A DNA stretch of 64,000 nucleotides from the IMG/VR virus record IMGVR_UViG_3300021185_002017, one strand, 5' to 3'. Each line of letters starts with the position of its first letter. The first letter of the stretch is position 1. This DNA is from a virus (Duplodnaviria; Caudoviricetes). Of the stretch, positions 1 to 8,606 are shown piece after piece. A program made the translations under genes and the position numbers. The notes beneath the pieces were generated by a model. It had not been told where the DNA came from and ran no database searches. It saw only the letters and a list, made by a program, of their open reading frames with translations.

Positions 1-3000
1 CTGCACGAGTTTTAGTTACTGCTCCTGTGTCTACTTCTGCTCGTTTAGCATTATCGAGATCCATTTGTGCTAATGCTACTTCGCCGTCTAATGCTGTCTG
101 CTCAGTGATATCTGCAAAATCATTTATACCTTTTGCCTGTGCTGCAACTGCTGCATCTAATGCTTTCTGTGCTTCTTCTACAGATGGTGTATCTGGCGAT
201 ACCATAAGATCATCGCCGTACTCTGCACTAAACGATGCACCTGTGTAGCCTTCTTGTTTGCTAGGAGTTGTTGTATCAGTAGGTGTTGGTTGCTCTTGTT
301 GTATCGGACCAAATGTTTTCATAGCAGCCATCTTCATCAAGTCCATCATGTTGATGTTGTCCATGGACTCGTTTAATGTGTCTATGCCTTCTGCTAAATG
401 TGCAAACTGTTTTCCTGCTGCTTTGCCGTCTAACTGCTCCATTGCTGTATTAAAGTTTTCAACTGTTTGGCCCATGTTGTTCATGTTCTCTGTCATTGAA
501 ACTATTGCCGGTGCTGCCGCTCCAATCTTAGCAAGTTTATCAAACGGTGATTCAGAACCAAACAAACTACCTAGTCCATCAAGTACTCCGCTAATTAATC
601 CACCTGCACTAAATGCTGCCATACCAGCCGCTAGTGATACTAAACCAGGTCCTAGTAATAATACATTTTTAGGGTCTACATCGTTAAGCAGTTTGAAACT
701 GCCCATTAGTTCAACCATTGCTGGGGCAGCAATTTTAACTGCAACTGCAAATGGAACAAGTGCTAAGCCTAATGCACCAATTGCTAATGCACCTACGCCT
801 ATTACTGGTGCTATAGGTGCTAACAAGAATGCTGCCGCTCCTAATACACCTAATGCTACTGCACCTGCGGCTACGCCTGCCCAGTTAATGTCTGCAAACT
901 GTTGGAATGCTTTTCCTGCAACAAACATTGCTCCGCCTAATGCACCTAATACAACTGTACCTAGTAATGCTTTAGGATCTCCTAAAACTTTTAAACCTTG
1001 TCCTAAACCTGTTAATGTTCCTTTTAATAAGCCGCCTATACCTGCACCAATACCTTTACCTGCATCGCCTATGCCTTTGGCTAATGAACTTATGCTTTTT
1101 TGTATGCCTTTAGCAATATTGCTTACAGAGTTGCTAATACCTTTGCTTAAATTTGTTAGCACATCAGATATACCTTTGGATATATCTTTCATGCCTGTTG
1201 CTAATGACTTTGTAAAGCTCTTAGATTTTTTACTTGCAGTGTCCATGGCTTTTGAACCCATGTCCATTTCTTTTGCTTTGCCTGTGATCTTGTCTTTGGC
1301 TTTACCAAACAAGCCATCAAGTTTGCCGCCTGTTGCTTTGCTTATACCGCCTGTGACTTTGCCCATCATGTTCTTAGCACCATCCATCAAAGACTTGCCC
1401 ATGTTAGCAAACATCGATGGCATTGTTTTACCAAAGAGGCCTAACGCACCGCTTAATACTTTAAAGCCTACTACGCCCAGTGTTACTACACCTAGCAGTT
1501 TACCTAGCATATTACTAAGTCTTAGTCCGCTACTTTCTCCGTCACCGAAGATATTTGCTAATGCAGAAACTTTTTCTCCTAAGTAAGAGAAGACGGAAGT
1601 AATTGGACTTAACACTGCCATAACAGTATCTAATGCTGATGCAAGTACTTTAAATGCAAATACAACTGGGCCAATGAAAACACCTAGCACTTTCATAACA
1701 CTCATAAAGCCTTTACCGAACGACATGATACCTGAACCAATATCTTTTGCTGTTTGTATCATATCCGGTATTTTTTTAATAAAGTCTGCAATATATTCTG
1801 CGGCAGTTCCTATCATAGGTATTAATCGTTCGCCGAACGATTTACCTAAACTTTTAGCACCTTTTGTTAAATCAGTAACACCTTCGAGATTTTTCATACC
1901 AAAGATTTCGCCAATTACTGGCATCAATGCTTCGCTGATTGTTTTTTGTGCTGATTCAAATGCTTTAGTTAGTTTGCCTGTCTTGCCGCCAAGTTTACCT
2001 AAGTCGCCTACAGCATTACCTAGCCCACCTAAGAAGCCTAATTTTAAACTTTCAAAGATACCAGTAATCTCTTTCATTATCTTAGATAATGTATTAGTAC
2101 CGGTTTGTACGCCGTCCATGGTTAAACCTGCACCCATGTCTTTAATCTTTTTAGCAGATGCTTCAAATTGTATAATGGCTTTTGCCATACTAGCGGCCTG
2201 TGCGTCACCTGCTCTGTCTAGTAAGAATACTCTTTGTTTTTCTGCATCGGACAAATTACCAAGTTGCTGAGTCATGTCTAACGCCATTTGTTCAGCGTCT
2301 TCTTGACTTAGTGTACCGTTTTTAATTTGCTTAATGTAATCATTCATTGGGCCTGCTAAACTAGGCAGTGTTCTAATGTACCCAGTCATGCTTTCACTGA
2401 AGCCCATTGCGCCACTTGCCGCTGCTTCTGTCATTGCGGCTGCAATTGCTCCGCCTTCTTCTCCGCCCATAGCTCTCATAGTACTACCAAAATCAGTAAT
2501 ACCTGAGATAACTTTACCTCTTAATTCTTTGTCAAACTTTAACAAACTAGATGTAAGTACTGGAGTTTGCTGTATTAAACTGTCTGTAAACGCAACTATG
2601 TTATCAACACTTTCACCAAGTACTGATGCATATTTTTGTTGTGTTTTAATAGTTCTAGTAACTTGCTGAGTCATTCTAGTTTGATTCATTCCGTCTAGAA
2701 TACCCATTGCTCTTCGTTTTTGCAACTCAGCACCCATACGCTCAACACTGTCATCTAGACTCATGCCTAATTCTACACCACTGTTTGTTGCATCCATAAA
2801 TGCACCAGTGAGTTCAGTAAATGCTTTTTTGCTCATTGTTTGAACAACACCAGAGAAGTTACCAAGTGTTGCCGCGGCATCTATACCCATTGTGCTTAGG
2901 TCTGCCATTGCATCAGCGGCACTCATGCCACCTTGCCCTACACTGTCAGTAAATCCTGCACCTACTTTAGTAAGTTCGTTTAGTGTTCCGCCTAATCCCA

Positions 3001-3487
3001 TAAAGGAATCTACAAGCATTGTGCCGTATATAGTAATTGCTGCTATAGTACCTGTGATTGCTGTAGACGCTGTTTCGTACATTTTAACAAAAGCAGTTTC
3101 GCCTATTGCGGCACCTTTGTTAAATTTATCTAGTGATGCTGCTGCACCATCGGCTGCGGCTGAAATTTTACCAGGACTACCACCACCGTTAGTAACTGTA
3201 GGAGGTCCTGCAGGTGCACCTGGTGCTGGTTTGTTTTTAGCAAATTCTTTACCTAATCCTTCAGTTACCTTGTGTAAGAGGTCTCCATCTTTAATTAGTT
3301 CTTTATGACGCTTTTCTGCATCTTTAGAATCGGATTTTGCTTGTTCGAGTAATGCTTTAAGGCCTTCTTTGTTTTCTTTTGTTAAAGTCGTCAACATTGT
3401 CAGCATTGAATCTGCTGTACTTTCTAAACTCCAATCAGGTACAATTGCCTGCGACCCATCTGGTAAATCTATTCTCAACGATGCCAT
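1..3487 (-). CDS. Tail tape-measure protein (3'-truncated, runs off the window; >1160 aa)
   Basis: Absent from the ORF track because no stop lies in the window. ATG at 3487 with AAGAGGA SD reads MASLRIDLPDGSQAIVPDWSLE. The stretches I translated are open and Ala/Gly/Leu-rich helical with amphipathic repeats (GIGDAGKGIGAGIGGLLKG, ALGVLGAAAFLLAP). It lies next to a gp26-like gene. Confidence 0.85.
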   Translation of the reverse strand, partial: MASLRIDLPDGSQAIVPDWSLESTADSMLTMLTTLTKENKEGLKALLEQAKSDSKDAEKRHKELIKDGDLLHKVTEGLGKEFAKNKPAPGAPAGPPTVTNGGGSPGKISAAADGAAASLDKFNKGAAIGETAFVKMYETASTAITGTIAAITIYGTMLVDSFMGLGGTLNELTKVGAGFTDSVGQGGMSAADAMADLSTMGIDAAATLGNFSGVVQTMSKKAFTELTGAFMDATNSGVELGMSLDDSVERMGAELQKRRAMGILDGMNQTRMTQQVTRTIKTQQKYASVLGESVDNIVAFTDSLIQQTPVLTSSLLKFDKELRGKVISGITDFGSTMRAMGGEEGGAIAAAMTEAAASGAMGFSESMTGYIRTLPSLAGPMNDYIKQIKNGTLSQEDAEQMALDMTQQLGNLSDAEKQRVFLLDRAGDAQAASMAKAIIQFEASAKKIKDMGAGLTMDGVQTGTNTLSKIMKEITGIFESLKLGFLGGLGNAVGDLGKLGGKTGKLTKAFESAQKTISEALMPVIGEIFGMKNLEGVTDLTKGAKSLGKSFGERLIPMIGTAAEYIADFIKKIPDMIQTAKDIGSGIMSFGKGFMSVMKVLGVFIGPVVFAFKVLASALDTVMAVLSPITSVFSYLGEKVSALANIFGDGESSGLRLSNMLGKLLGVVTLGVVGFKVLSGALGLFGKTMPSMFANMGKSLMDGAKNMMGKVTGGISKATGGKLDGLFGKAKDKITGKAKEMDMGSKAMDTASKKSKSFTKSLATGMKDISKGISDVLTNLSKGISNSVSNIAKGIQKSISSLAKGIGDAGKGIGAGIGGLLKGTLTGLGQGLKVLGDPKALLGTVVLGALGGAMFVAGKAFQQFADINWAGVAAGAVALGVLGAAAFLLAPIAPVIGVGALAIGALGLALVPFAVAVKIAAPAMVELMGSFKLLNDVDPKNVLLLGPGLVSLAAGMAAFSAGGLISGVLDGLGSLFGSESPFDKLAKIGAAAPAIVSMTENMNNMGQTVENFNTAMEQLDGKAAGKQFAHLAEGIDTLNESMDNINMMDLMKMAAMKTFGPIQQEQPTPTDTTTPSKQEGYTGASFSAEYGDDLMVSPDTPSVEEAQKALDAAVAAQAKGINDFADITEQTALDGEVALAQMDLDNAKRAEVDTGAVTKTRA

Positions 3488-3510
3488 TAAGTTTCCTCTT
3501 TAACTGCAAG

Positions 3511-3518
3511 TATTTATC
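3511..3518 (-). promoter_or_regulatory. gp55-type late promoter (GATAAATA) for the tape-measure gene
   Basis: TATTTATC on + equals GATAAATA on -, about 24 nt upstream of the ATG. It resembles the T4 late TATAAATA box. Confidence 0.7.
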
Positions 3519-3582
3519 TGAAAAATTAAAACTAGGTTTAATACTGAATTACCTATAATTTAAAACCCTGTTTAACAGAACC

Positions 3583-3590
3583 GATAAATA
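3583..3590 (+). promoter_or_regulatory. gp55-type late promoter (GATAAATA) for the gp26-like gene
   Basis: GATAAATA about 60 nt upstream of ATG 3648, divergent from the 3511 copy. Confidence 0.7.
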
Positions 3591-3647
3591 TGTAGTTAAA
3601 GAAGTAATAGTACATAATGTGCTAGTACAAATTTAGGATGATAACAT

Positions 3648-4517
3648 ATGACAAACAAACACAATCCATTAAGTTCGCATTTTAGAGCACCTAAACTTTT
3701 TGCACCTATTCCAAGTGCTGGAAAGTTTTACGACACTTCTGTGTTGGAAATGCCTGAAACGCTAGAACTACCTATATTTGCTATGACAGCAAAAGACGAA
3801 ATGATTATGAAGAATCCTGATGCACTACTAAACGGCGAGGCAGTTGCACAGGTTGTACACAGTTGTGTACCTAATGTCAAGAATGCTAGAGCAATGTTAA
3901 GCAGTGATATTGATGTATTACTAGTTGCTATACAAGGTGCCACATACGGCGATGAAGTAGAAGTAACTGCAGAATGCCCAAATTGTAATGAAGACCAAAC
4001 CGGTGTTGCAAGTGTTGAAGAAGCAATTAGTAGCATGGGTACTCTAGAAGAAGAGTATGTTGTAGAGCATGACGGGTTAAAAATTCAAATACGACCTTTT
4101 ACTTATGCCAGCACAATACAAGCAGGTATTACAAATTTCCAAAGCACTAGAAGTTTACAAGCATTAGCAGATGTTCCAGATGAAATGGAAAGACTAAGTT
4201 TGTTTAACAACAACTTCAAGCAGATTGCTGCATTAAACTTTAGTTTAATAGTAGACAGTGTTTCAAGTGTTAGTTTCACAGACGAAGAAGGCGAGGAACA
4301 AATTGTTACTGACAGAAATCATATCACAGAATTTTTAGACAATGCAGACAGCAAGATTGGTAAATCAATCGAAGACAAAATTGCAGAGCTAAACAGCATT
4401 GGTATTAATCATGAAATGAAAATGCAATGCGAAAAATGTCAGGAAGATAACGGTGAACCAGTAGTGTTCGAAAGCCGTGTAAACTTTGACCCAGTAAATT
4501 TTTTCACAGCTTCCTAG
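3648..4517 (+). CDS. gp26: T4 gp26-like baseplate hub assembly protein / tail assembly chaperone
   Basis: NPLSSHFRAPKLFAPIPSAGKFY N-terminus, MTAKDEMIMKNPDALLNG, and two CxxC pairs (CPNC, CEKC) typical of gp26-family proteins. Ends FDPVNFFTAS. Confidence 0.75.
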   Translation: MTNKHNPLSSHFRAPKLFAPIPSAGKFYDTSVLEMPETLELPIFAMTAKDEMIMKNPDALLNGEAVAQVVHSCVPNVKNARAMLSSDIDVLLVAIQGATYGDEVEVTAECPNCNEDQTGVASVEEAISSMGTLEEEYVVEHDGLKIQIRPFTYASTIQAGITNFQSTRSLQALADVPDEMERLSLFNNNFKQIAALNFSLIVDSVSSVSFTDEEGEEQIVTDRNHITEFLDNADSKIGKSIEDKIAELNSIGINHEMKMQCEKCQEDNGEPVVFESRVNFDPVNFFTAS

Positions 4518-4560
4518 CAACCTCCGAACCAGAGGACATAGTGGCGTACCTAGGTAAGCT
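4496..4560 (+). other. Putative -1 programmed ribosomal frameshift signal (A AAT TTT heptamer plus downstream stem)
   Basis: Heptamer 4496-4502 is in XXXYYYZ register with the gp26-like frame. Stem AGCTTCCTAG (4508-4517) pairs with CTAGG(T)AAGCT (4550-4560). The -1 frame is open into ORF 4541-4735. Confidence 0.65.
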
Positions 4561-4735
4561 CAAAGACGATCAAACTGCCCTAAGCAAAAACATTGCTGAA
4601 TTAGTAATATACAGTGAAGGTGCAGTTTCCTGGTCAGAGGCTTGGCATATCCCACCCTTAGATAGAGACCTGCTAATTAAAACACTTAATAAATTCAATA
4701 ACGCCAAAGCAGGCAACAATAACGAAATGCTCTAA
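4541..4735 (+). CDS. Small tail/baseplate assembly protein (gp51-like, or the C-terminal extension of a frameshift fusion)
   Basis: 64 aa, GTG start with a GAGGA SD-like sequence. The SWSEAWHIPPLDRDLLIKTL segment resembles the C-terminal parts of tail chaperones. It is in the -1 frame of the upstream gene. Confidence 0.6.
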   Translation: MAYLGKLKDDQTALSKNIAELVIYSEGAVSWSEAWHIPPLDRDLLIKTLNKFNNAKAGNNNEML

Positions 4736-4879
4736 GCGGAACGCTGGTTACTTCCGTCCGCGCCTAAATTTTTTCAATACCGTTAAATGCTTCATGCCCC
4801 TCGAAGTACATTTGTATCATAACGTGGATAGCAACATCTACAACCACTAACACAAAACACATTGTTAAGAAGACTGGCA

Positions 4880-5053
4880 TTATGTTCTTTTAAATAGATC
4901 AGCTGCGTTACACTGTGGCTGGCTTCTGCAATCTCTAATATTATTTTGCCACATCACTGGGTCAGGCATCCAATCAAATTGGGGAGCTGGAGTTGTATAT
5001 GTGGTTGAGTTGCATCCAGTCAGAATGATTCCTAGCAATAGTAATCTTTTCAT
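4880..5053 (-). CDS. Small predicted lipoprotein (57 aa)
   Basis: Below the ORF-track cutoff. AAGAGGA SD, then MKRLLLLGIILTGC-NSTTYTTPAPNLDWMPDPVMWQNNIRDCRSQPQCNAADLFKRT*: basic N-terminus, hydrophobic core and LTG/C lipobox. Confidence 0.65.
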   Translation of the reverse strand: MKRLLLLGIILTGCNSTTYTTPAPQFDWMPDPVMWQNNIRDCRSQPQCNAADLFKRT

Positions 5054-5129
5054 GTTCTATTCCTCTTAGACTATTATTTACGCTCTAGCACACACAATAG
5101 TTTACAATGTTACAATTTATAACACTTTA

Positions 5130-5630
5130 TAGACACTTCGTGTCTTACCTTACGCATTCATTTGTTTCATTTCATGAAACGCATTCATTTGTAAGATATT
5201 TTTTTTAATTAAGAAGTTATCAAGAAAGTGGAGCCATAATTCACCTGTTGCCAGGTGAATAAAAAAATGGATGTCATCAAGATGAGCATCGCCATTTATA
5301 TCTCGGGTGCTGTTAGGAACCGGTGAGCCTTCTGTCCCCATACACTACCGTCACTGTCTTTCGACCTCACGGAAATTTGTAAAACCTAGAATAATTTAGT
5401 TGAACAAATTTGCAGGTTGCTTTTTCTCATTGCCTGCATCATTTTAAAGCCATAACGTTGTTTGCTTCTTACCGACTACAGTCCAGAATCTCGCACCGTG
5501 TTTAACGGATTGTCAAGGACGACAGTTTTATAGGCCCTGTCGGGGCGGTGTAGTTCCTTATGTAAGGGTTCTGTGAATTTGCCTGAATTTAGTTTGACTT
5601 GGTGTCTGTGTGTGCCTTGTTCGATATATA
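5130..5630 (-). ncRNA. Candidate structured non-coding RNA or cis-element of unknown class
   Basis: Non-coding gap with higher GC and several hairpins carrying GNRA loops on the minus strand (ATTCACCTG-GCAA-CAGGTGAAT at 5239-5260, GTC-GAAA-GAC at 5356-5365), nested long-range pairings, and a 14-bp direct repeat. Confidence 0.4.
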
Positions 5631-5631
5631 G

Positions 5632-6057
5632 TTATATCTTTTTCATCGCTTCACGGAGGATTTGTGAACCTCCTACTCTGACATTTATTATACCATTATA
5701 ATACTCGTCTGTCAAGAGAACTTTGCGATTAAATTGTTCTTCTGCTTCTAAATAACTTGCAACGCCTCTACTTGGGCATATATGCAGTATCTCTCTTGTA
5801 AATTTATCCTCGCCTAGTTCTAAAACGTCTGCTTGGAGATGATCCGAGCTACCCCAATAGGTACGCCAGTCACTTTCTTTTGTGCCTCGGCGTTTGTTCT
5901 TTTTTCCTTTTAGTGGTGGCTTGGTTGTTTTAAATTTTGCTAATTTTTTGCCTATGTACTTTTTGTCGTTAGTTGTGTTTGTGATTAAGTATACAAATGC
6001 TTCACAACCTTCTGGAAGTGTGTCTATAGTTTTGTTTTTATAAGTCCATTGCGACAT
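5632..6057 (-). CDS. GIY-YIG family endonuclease (Seg-like, short)
   Basis: FVYLITNTTNDKKYIGKK (GIY-YIG variant), WRTYWGSS, FTREILHIC, and YYNGII C-terminal Asn motif. Confidence 0.8.
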   Translation of the reverse strand: MSQWTYKNKTIDTLPEGCEAFVYLITNTTNDKKYIGKKLAKFKTTKPPLKGKKNKRRGTKESDWRTYWGSSDHLQADVLELGEDKFTREILHICPSRGVASYLEAEEQFNRKVLLTDEYYNGIINVRVGGSQILREAMKKI

Positions 6058-6066
6058 AGTACATAG

Positions 6067-6852
6067 TTATCTACTGCCAATGCTATGCACGAACTTATAT
6101 CGGCTAATCTGTTCTAAGTCGGGTTTGTGTGTAAGTTTACCTAACTCAATATATCCTATTGCTAATTTTGGGTCGTCAATTGGGTGTGGCAGTTTGTGTG
6201 CAATTTGCATACACCAACGCTTTACATGTTTTGTAACTGCTTTTGCATCAACACACTGATCTGGTGCAAACCATGCAAGTAAATCGCTTTTAACTATGCT
6301 AGTGGGAATTATATGTTCTGGTGGAACATCTACATCATTGTCGTAGCATATTTCCATTATGTGCTTACCTACATGTGGATAGTTCATGTACAAATAATTA
6401 TCTAGTCTAGTAGGCGAAAACAATTCGTAATCACTGTCCTCTAATGGTTGAGGTGAAGGCTCGCCTGTTGCTGTACTAATTAAGAAGCGTCTATTTTTAT
6501 TGCTTGTTATATCTTCTAAATGATGTAAGTGATAGTTAAACATACTAAGCCACTCTCGTAACTCTCCTGTTTCATTGTGTACATGGTCCGGGAAGTTTTC
6601 GTGTAGTCTATTTAGATCATCACTGCCTGTGAATATTTCAGGCTTGATGCGTTTGATGTTTTCTATACTGTGATCTAAGTTTGCTTGTACTTCTGCTATT
6701 GTTTCGCCCCAGTTATAAAACTGAGTACGACTTACAAACTCGTAATTGTTATCTTTGTAGTTGTTCCAAATTACTTCAGCAATACGGTTGTCAAATAGTT
6801 CGTATGTGAGTGTGTACTCTGCATTACGGCCTAAGTGTATATCAATCCACAT
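6067..6852 (-). CDS. Hypothetical protein (261 aa)
   Basis: Long ORF overlapping the gp46 stop by 11 nt, with phage-like codon usage and no family recognised. Confidence 0.7.
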   Translation of the reverse strand: MWIDIHLGRNAEYTLTYELFDNRIAEVIWNNYKDNNYEFVSRTQFYNWGETIAEVQANLDHSIENIKRIKPEIFTGSDDLNRLHENFPDHVHNETGELREWLSMFNYHLHHLEDITSNKNRRFLISTATGEPSPQPLEDSDYELFSPTRLDNYLYMNYPHVGKHIMEICYDNDVDVPPEHIIPTSIVKSDLLAWFAPDQCVDAKAVTKHVKRWCMQIAHKLPHPIDDPKLAIGYIELGKLTHKPDLEQISRYKFVHSIGSR

Positions 6853-8605
6853 ATTCGGTGTCAGTGTTGTACATAGTGAATCCTCCTTCCTTGACCACTG
6901 TTAGTACATTATTCACTCTACCTACTAGTTCTTCTTTGTGCGAAATAAGGAAAATATTTTTACCTTGCTCTCTATTCATCTTCTTAAGGATACTTAAGGC
7001 GTTCTCTACACCCATTGTATCCATACCTGAGTCGATTAATTCGTCAATACACATTAGGTTCATCGGCGCATTTAAGCTCTCATACATGTCTCTAAATGCC
7101 CAAGATAAGCCCAAAATAAGTCGATTGCGTTCGCCTCTACTTAGATTATCAAAGTCTAAGTCGCGTCCATATTCTGTTATTTCGACATTTAAATCGTTCG
7201 CAAATTTTACATCATGCGGCAATCCTAACTTATCTAAGTACCATGCTAACCTGTGATTTAGGTATGCAATGTTCTGATCAATAATCTTTTTACGGATAAA
7301 ACTATCCTTGCTTGTTAACAGTTTGTACAAGAACTCTTGATGATCTTTTAAGAATGTTAATTCATTTATTAAGTCAAAACTAACTTCTTGTAAGCCTGTT
7401 TCTTTGAGCATCTCTATTTGTTCAACATAAGGATTCTCTTCCTCTTGCTTAGTTTGGTACTGTTGAGCAAGAGATTCTAAATTGTGTTTGTGTTCGTATG
7501 CTTCTTCTACTGTAGCATAAAATGTACTTACTGTTTCAGGCACATCAATAATTTCCATTGCCTTTGTGATTTCATCAACCTTTTGCTCACTGGCAGCATT
7601 TAGCTCTGTTTCAGATGCAATCTTTTCTTTTAGTTCATTTATATAATCGCTGTGTGTATCCAAGTGTGATGTAGTTTGTTTACATGCATGGCATACACCT
7701 GCTTCAGCGTCTACTAAGTTTCCTTCAAGCTCTGTTAGTCTTTTTATGTTGCGTGTATTACTTGCTTGAATTGTTTTTAATTCTTTAGACAATGTGTTAT
7801 AATTGTCTTGCTGTTCTTTGGCACTAACATTTTGTTTGTGCGATTCAATCTCCTTGTTGACATCTAGTTCGCCTAGTGTAGTTATTGCTACTTCTAGATC
7901 TTTTACTTTCTGATTGTGTGTGGCTTCCCATGCTTTTTTACGGCTTTCTATTTCTTGTATGTTTTTATCTATACGACCGTTTGCATCTTTAACAGCACTG
8001 ATACGCAACTCTTCTTCTTTGATGTTGTCACGAGTAAATTTAGTTTTTTCTTTTAGCAACTCTGCTTTTGCACTTAGATCAGTAATACCTAGCAACTGCT
8101 CGATCATATCTTTTTGATCGTTGTTCTTCATACTGAGGAAAGGTTCGCTGTATGTGTTTAATGCAACCAAATGCTTAAACATGTTATGCGGAAAGCCGAT
8201 AATCTTTTCAATTGCTTTTTGTGTTTCTCTACTATCGCCTTGCTGTTCTTCGCTTATAGTATCTTCACCGTTTACTATAAACTTTAACACATTAGGTCTA
8301 CGACCACGCTCAATACGATAGTCAACACCCTTAGACTCAAACTCAACAGTGGTCATCATGCCTTTACTGTTTGTTTTGTTAATTAAGTTATCGCGGCGAA
8401 TGTTAGTAAGTGCCTCACCATACAATGCATAACTGAGTGCATTAATAATAGTTGTCTTACCTGTACCGTTTCTACTACCATCTCCACCCATGTCTAAGTT
8501 ATGACCTAGCACTAGGGTTAGTTGACAGTTGTCAAAGTTTACTGCTTGAGTATTGTTGCCCACACTCATAAAGTTACGGGCTGATACATTTTTAATCTTT
8601 AGCAT
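6842..8605 (-). CDS. gp46: Recombination endonuclease ATPase subunit (SbcC/Rad50-like)
   Basis: Walker A GSRNGTGKT, coiled coil with CHAC zinc hook, signature LSRGE, Walker B/D-loop CIDELIDSGMD, H-loop ISH. Confidence 0.95.
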   Translation of the reverse strand: MLKIKNVSARNFMSVGNNTQAVNFDNCQLTLVLGHNLDMGGDGSRNGTGKTTIINALSYALYGEALTNIRRDNLINKTNSKGMMTTVEFESKGVDYRIERGRRPNVLKFIVNGEDTISEEQQGDSRETQKAIEKIIGFPHNMFKHLVALNTYSEPFLSMKNNDQKDMIEQLLGITDLSAKAELLKEKTKFTRDNIKEEELRISAVKDANGRIDKNIQEIESRKKAWEATHNQKVKDLEVAITTLGELDVNKEIESHKQNVSAKEQQDNYNTLSKELKTIQASNTRNIKRLTELEGNLVDAEAGVCHACKQTTSHLDTHSDYINELKEKIASETELNAASEQKVDEITKAMEIIDVPETVSTFYATVEEAYEHKHNLESLAQQYQTKQEEENPYVEQIEMLKETGLQEVSFDLINELTFLKDHQEFLYKLLTSKDSFIRKKIIDQNIAYLNHRLAWYLDKLGLPHDVKFANDLNVEITEYGRDLDFDNLSRGERNRLILGLSWAFRDMYESLNAPMNLMCIDELIDSGMDTMGVENALSILKKMNREQGKNIFLISHKEELVGRVNNVLTVVKEGGFTMYNTDTEYVD

Positions 8606-8606
8606 A

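Noticed and set aside
258-1586. 442-aa plus-strand ORF (also 27-248, 1674-2270, 2376-2669, 2892-3308)
   Set aside because: Antisense shadows of the tape-measure gene. They are Pro/Ser/Ile-rich translations with no SD or recognisable motif, and the minus-strand frame has a clear start and a typical product.
4736-4765. GCGGAACG...CGTCCGC imperfect hairpin between convergent genes
   Set aside because: Could be a terminator, but the stem is interrupted with a long loop, so it is too weak to call.
5150-5341. 63-aa minus-strand ORF in the structured gap
   Set aside because: No SD, and it overlaps hairpins and repeats. A non-coding interpretation fits better, though a peptide cannot be excluded.
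5300-5480. Possible tmRNA: GCA AAC AAC GTT ATG GCT TTA AAA TGA (ANNVMALK*) resembles a resume codon/tag, and GGGGAC occurs nearby
   Set aside because: No T-arm (GTTCRA) or CCA acceptor end. The order of elements fits neither one-piece nor permuted tmRNA, and the tag lacks the C-terminal AA.
5221-5630. Hammerhead, group I or group II intron identity for the structured region
   Set aside because: No CUGAnGA/GAAA core arrangement, no recognisable P7/R-S elements and no domain V. The flanking genes are not interrupted.
6810-8321. Plus-strand ORFs antisense to gp46
   Set aside because: Shadow ORFs of a well-supported minus-strand gene.
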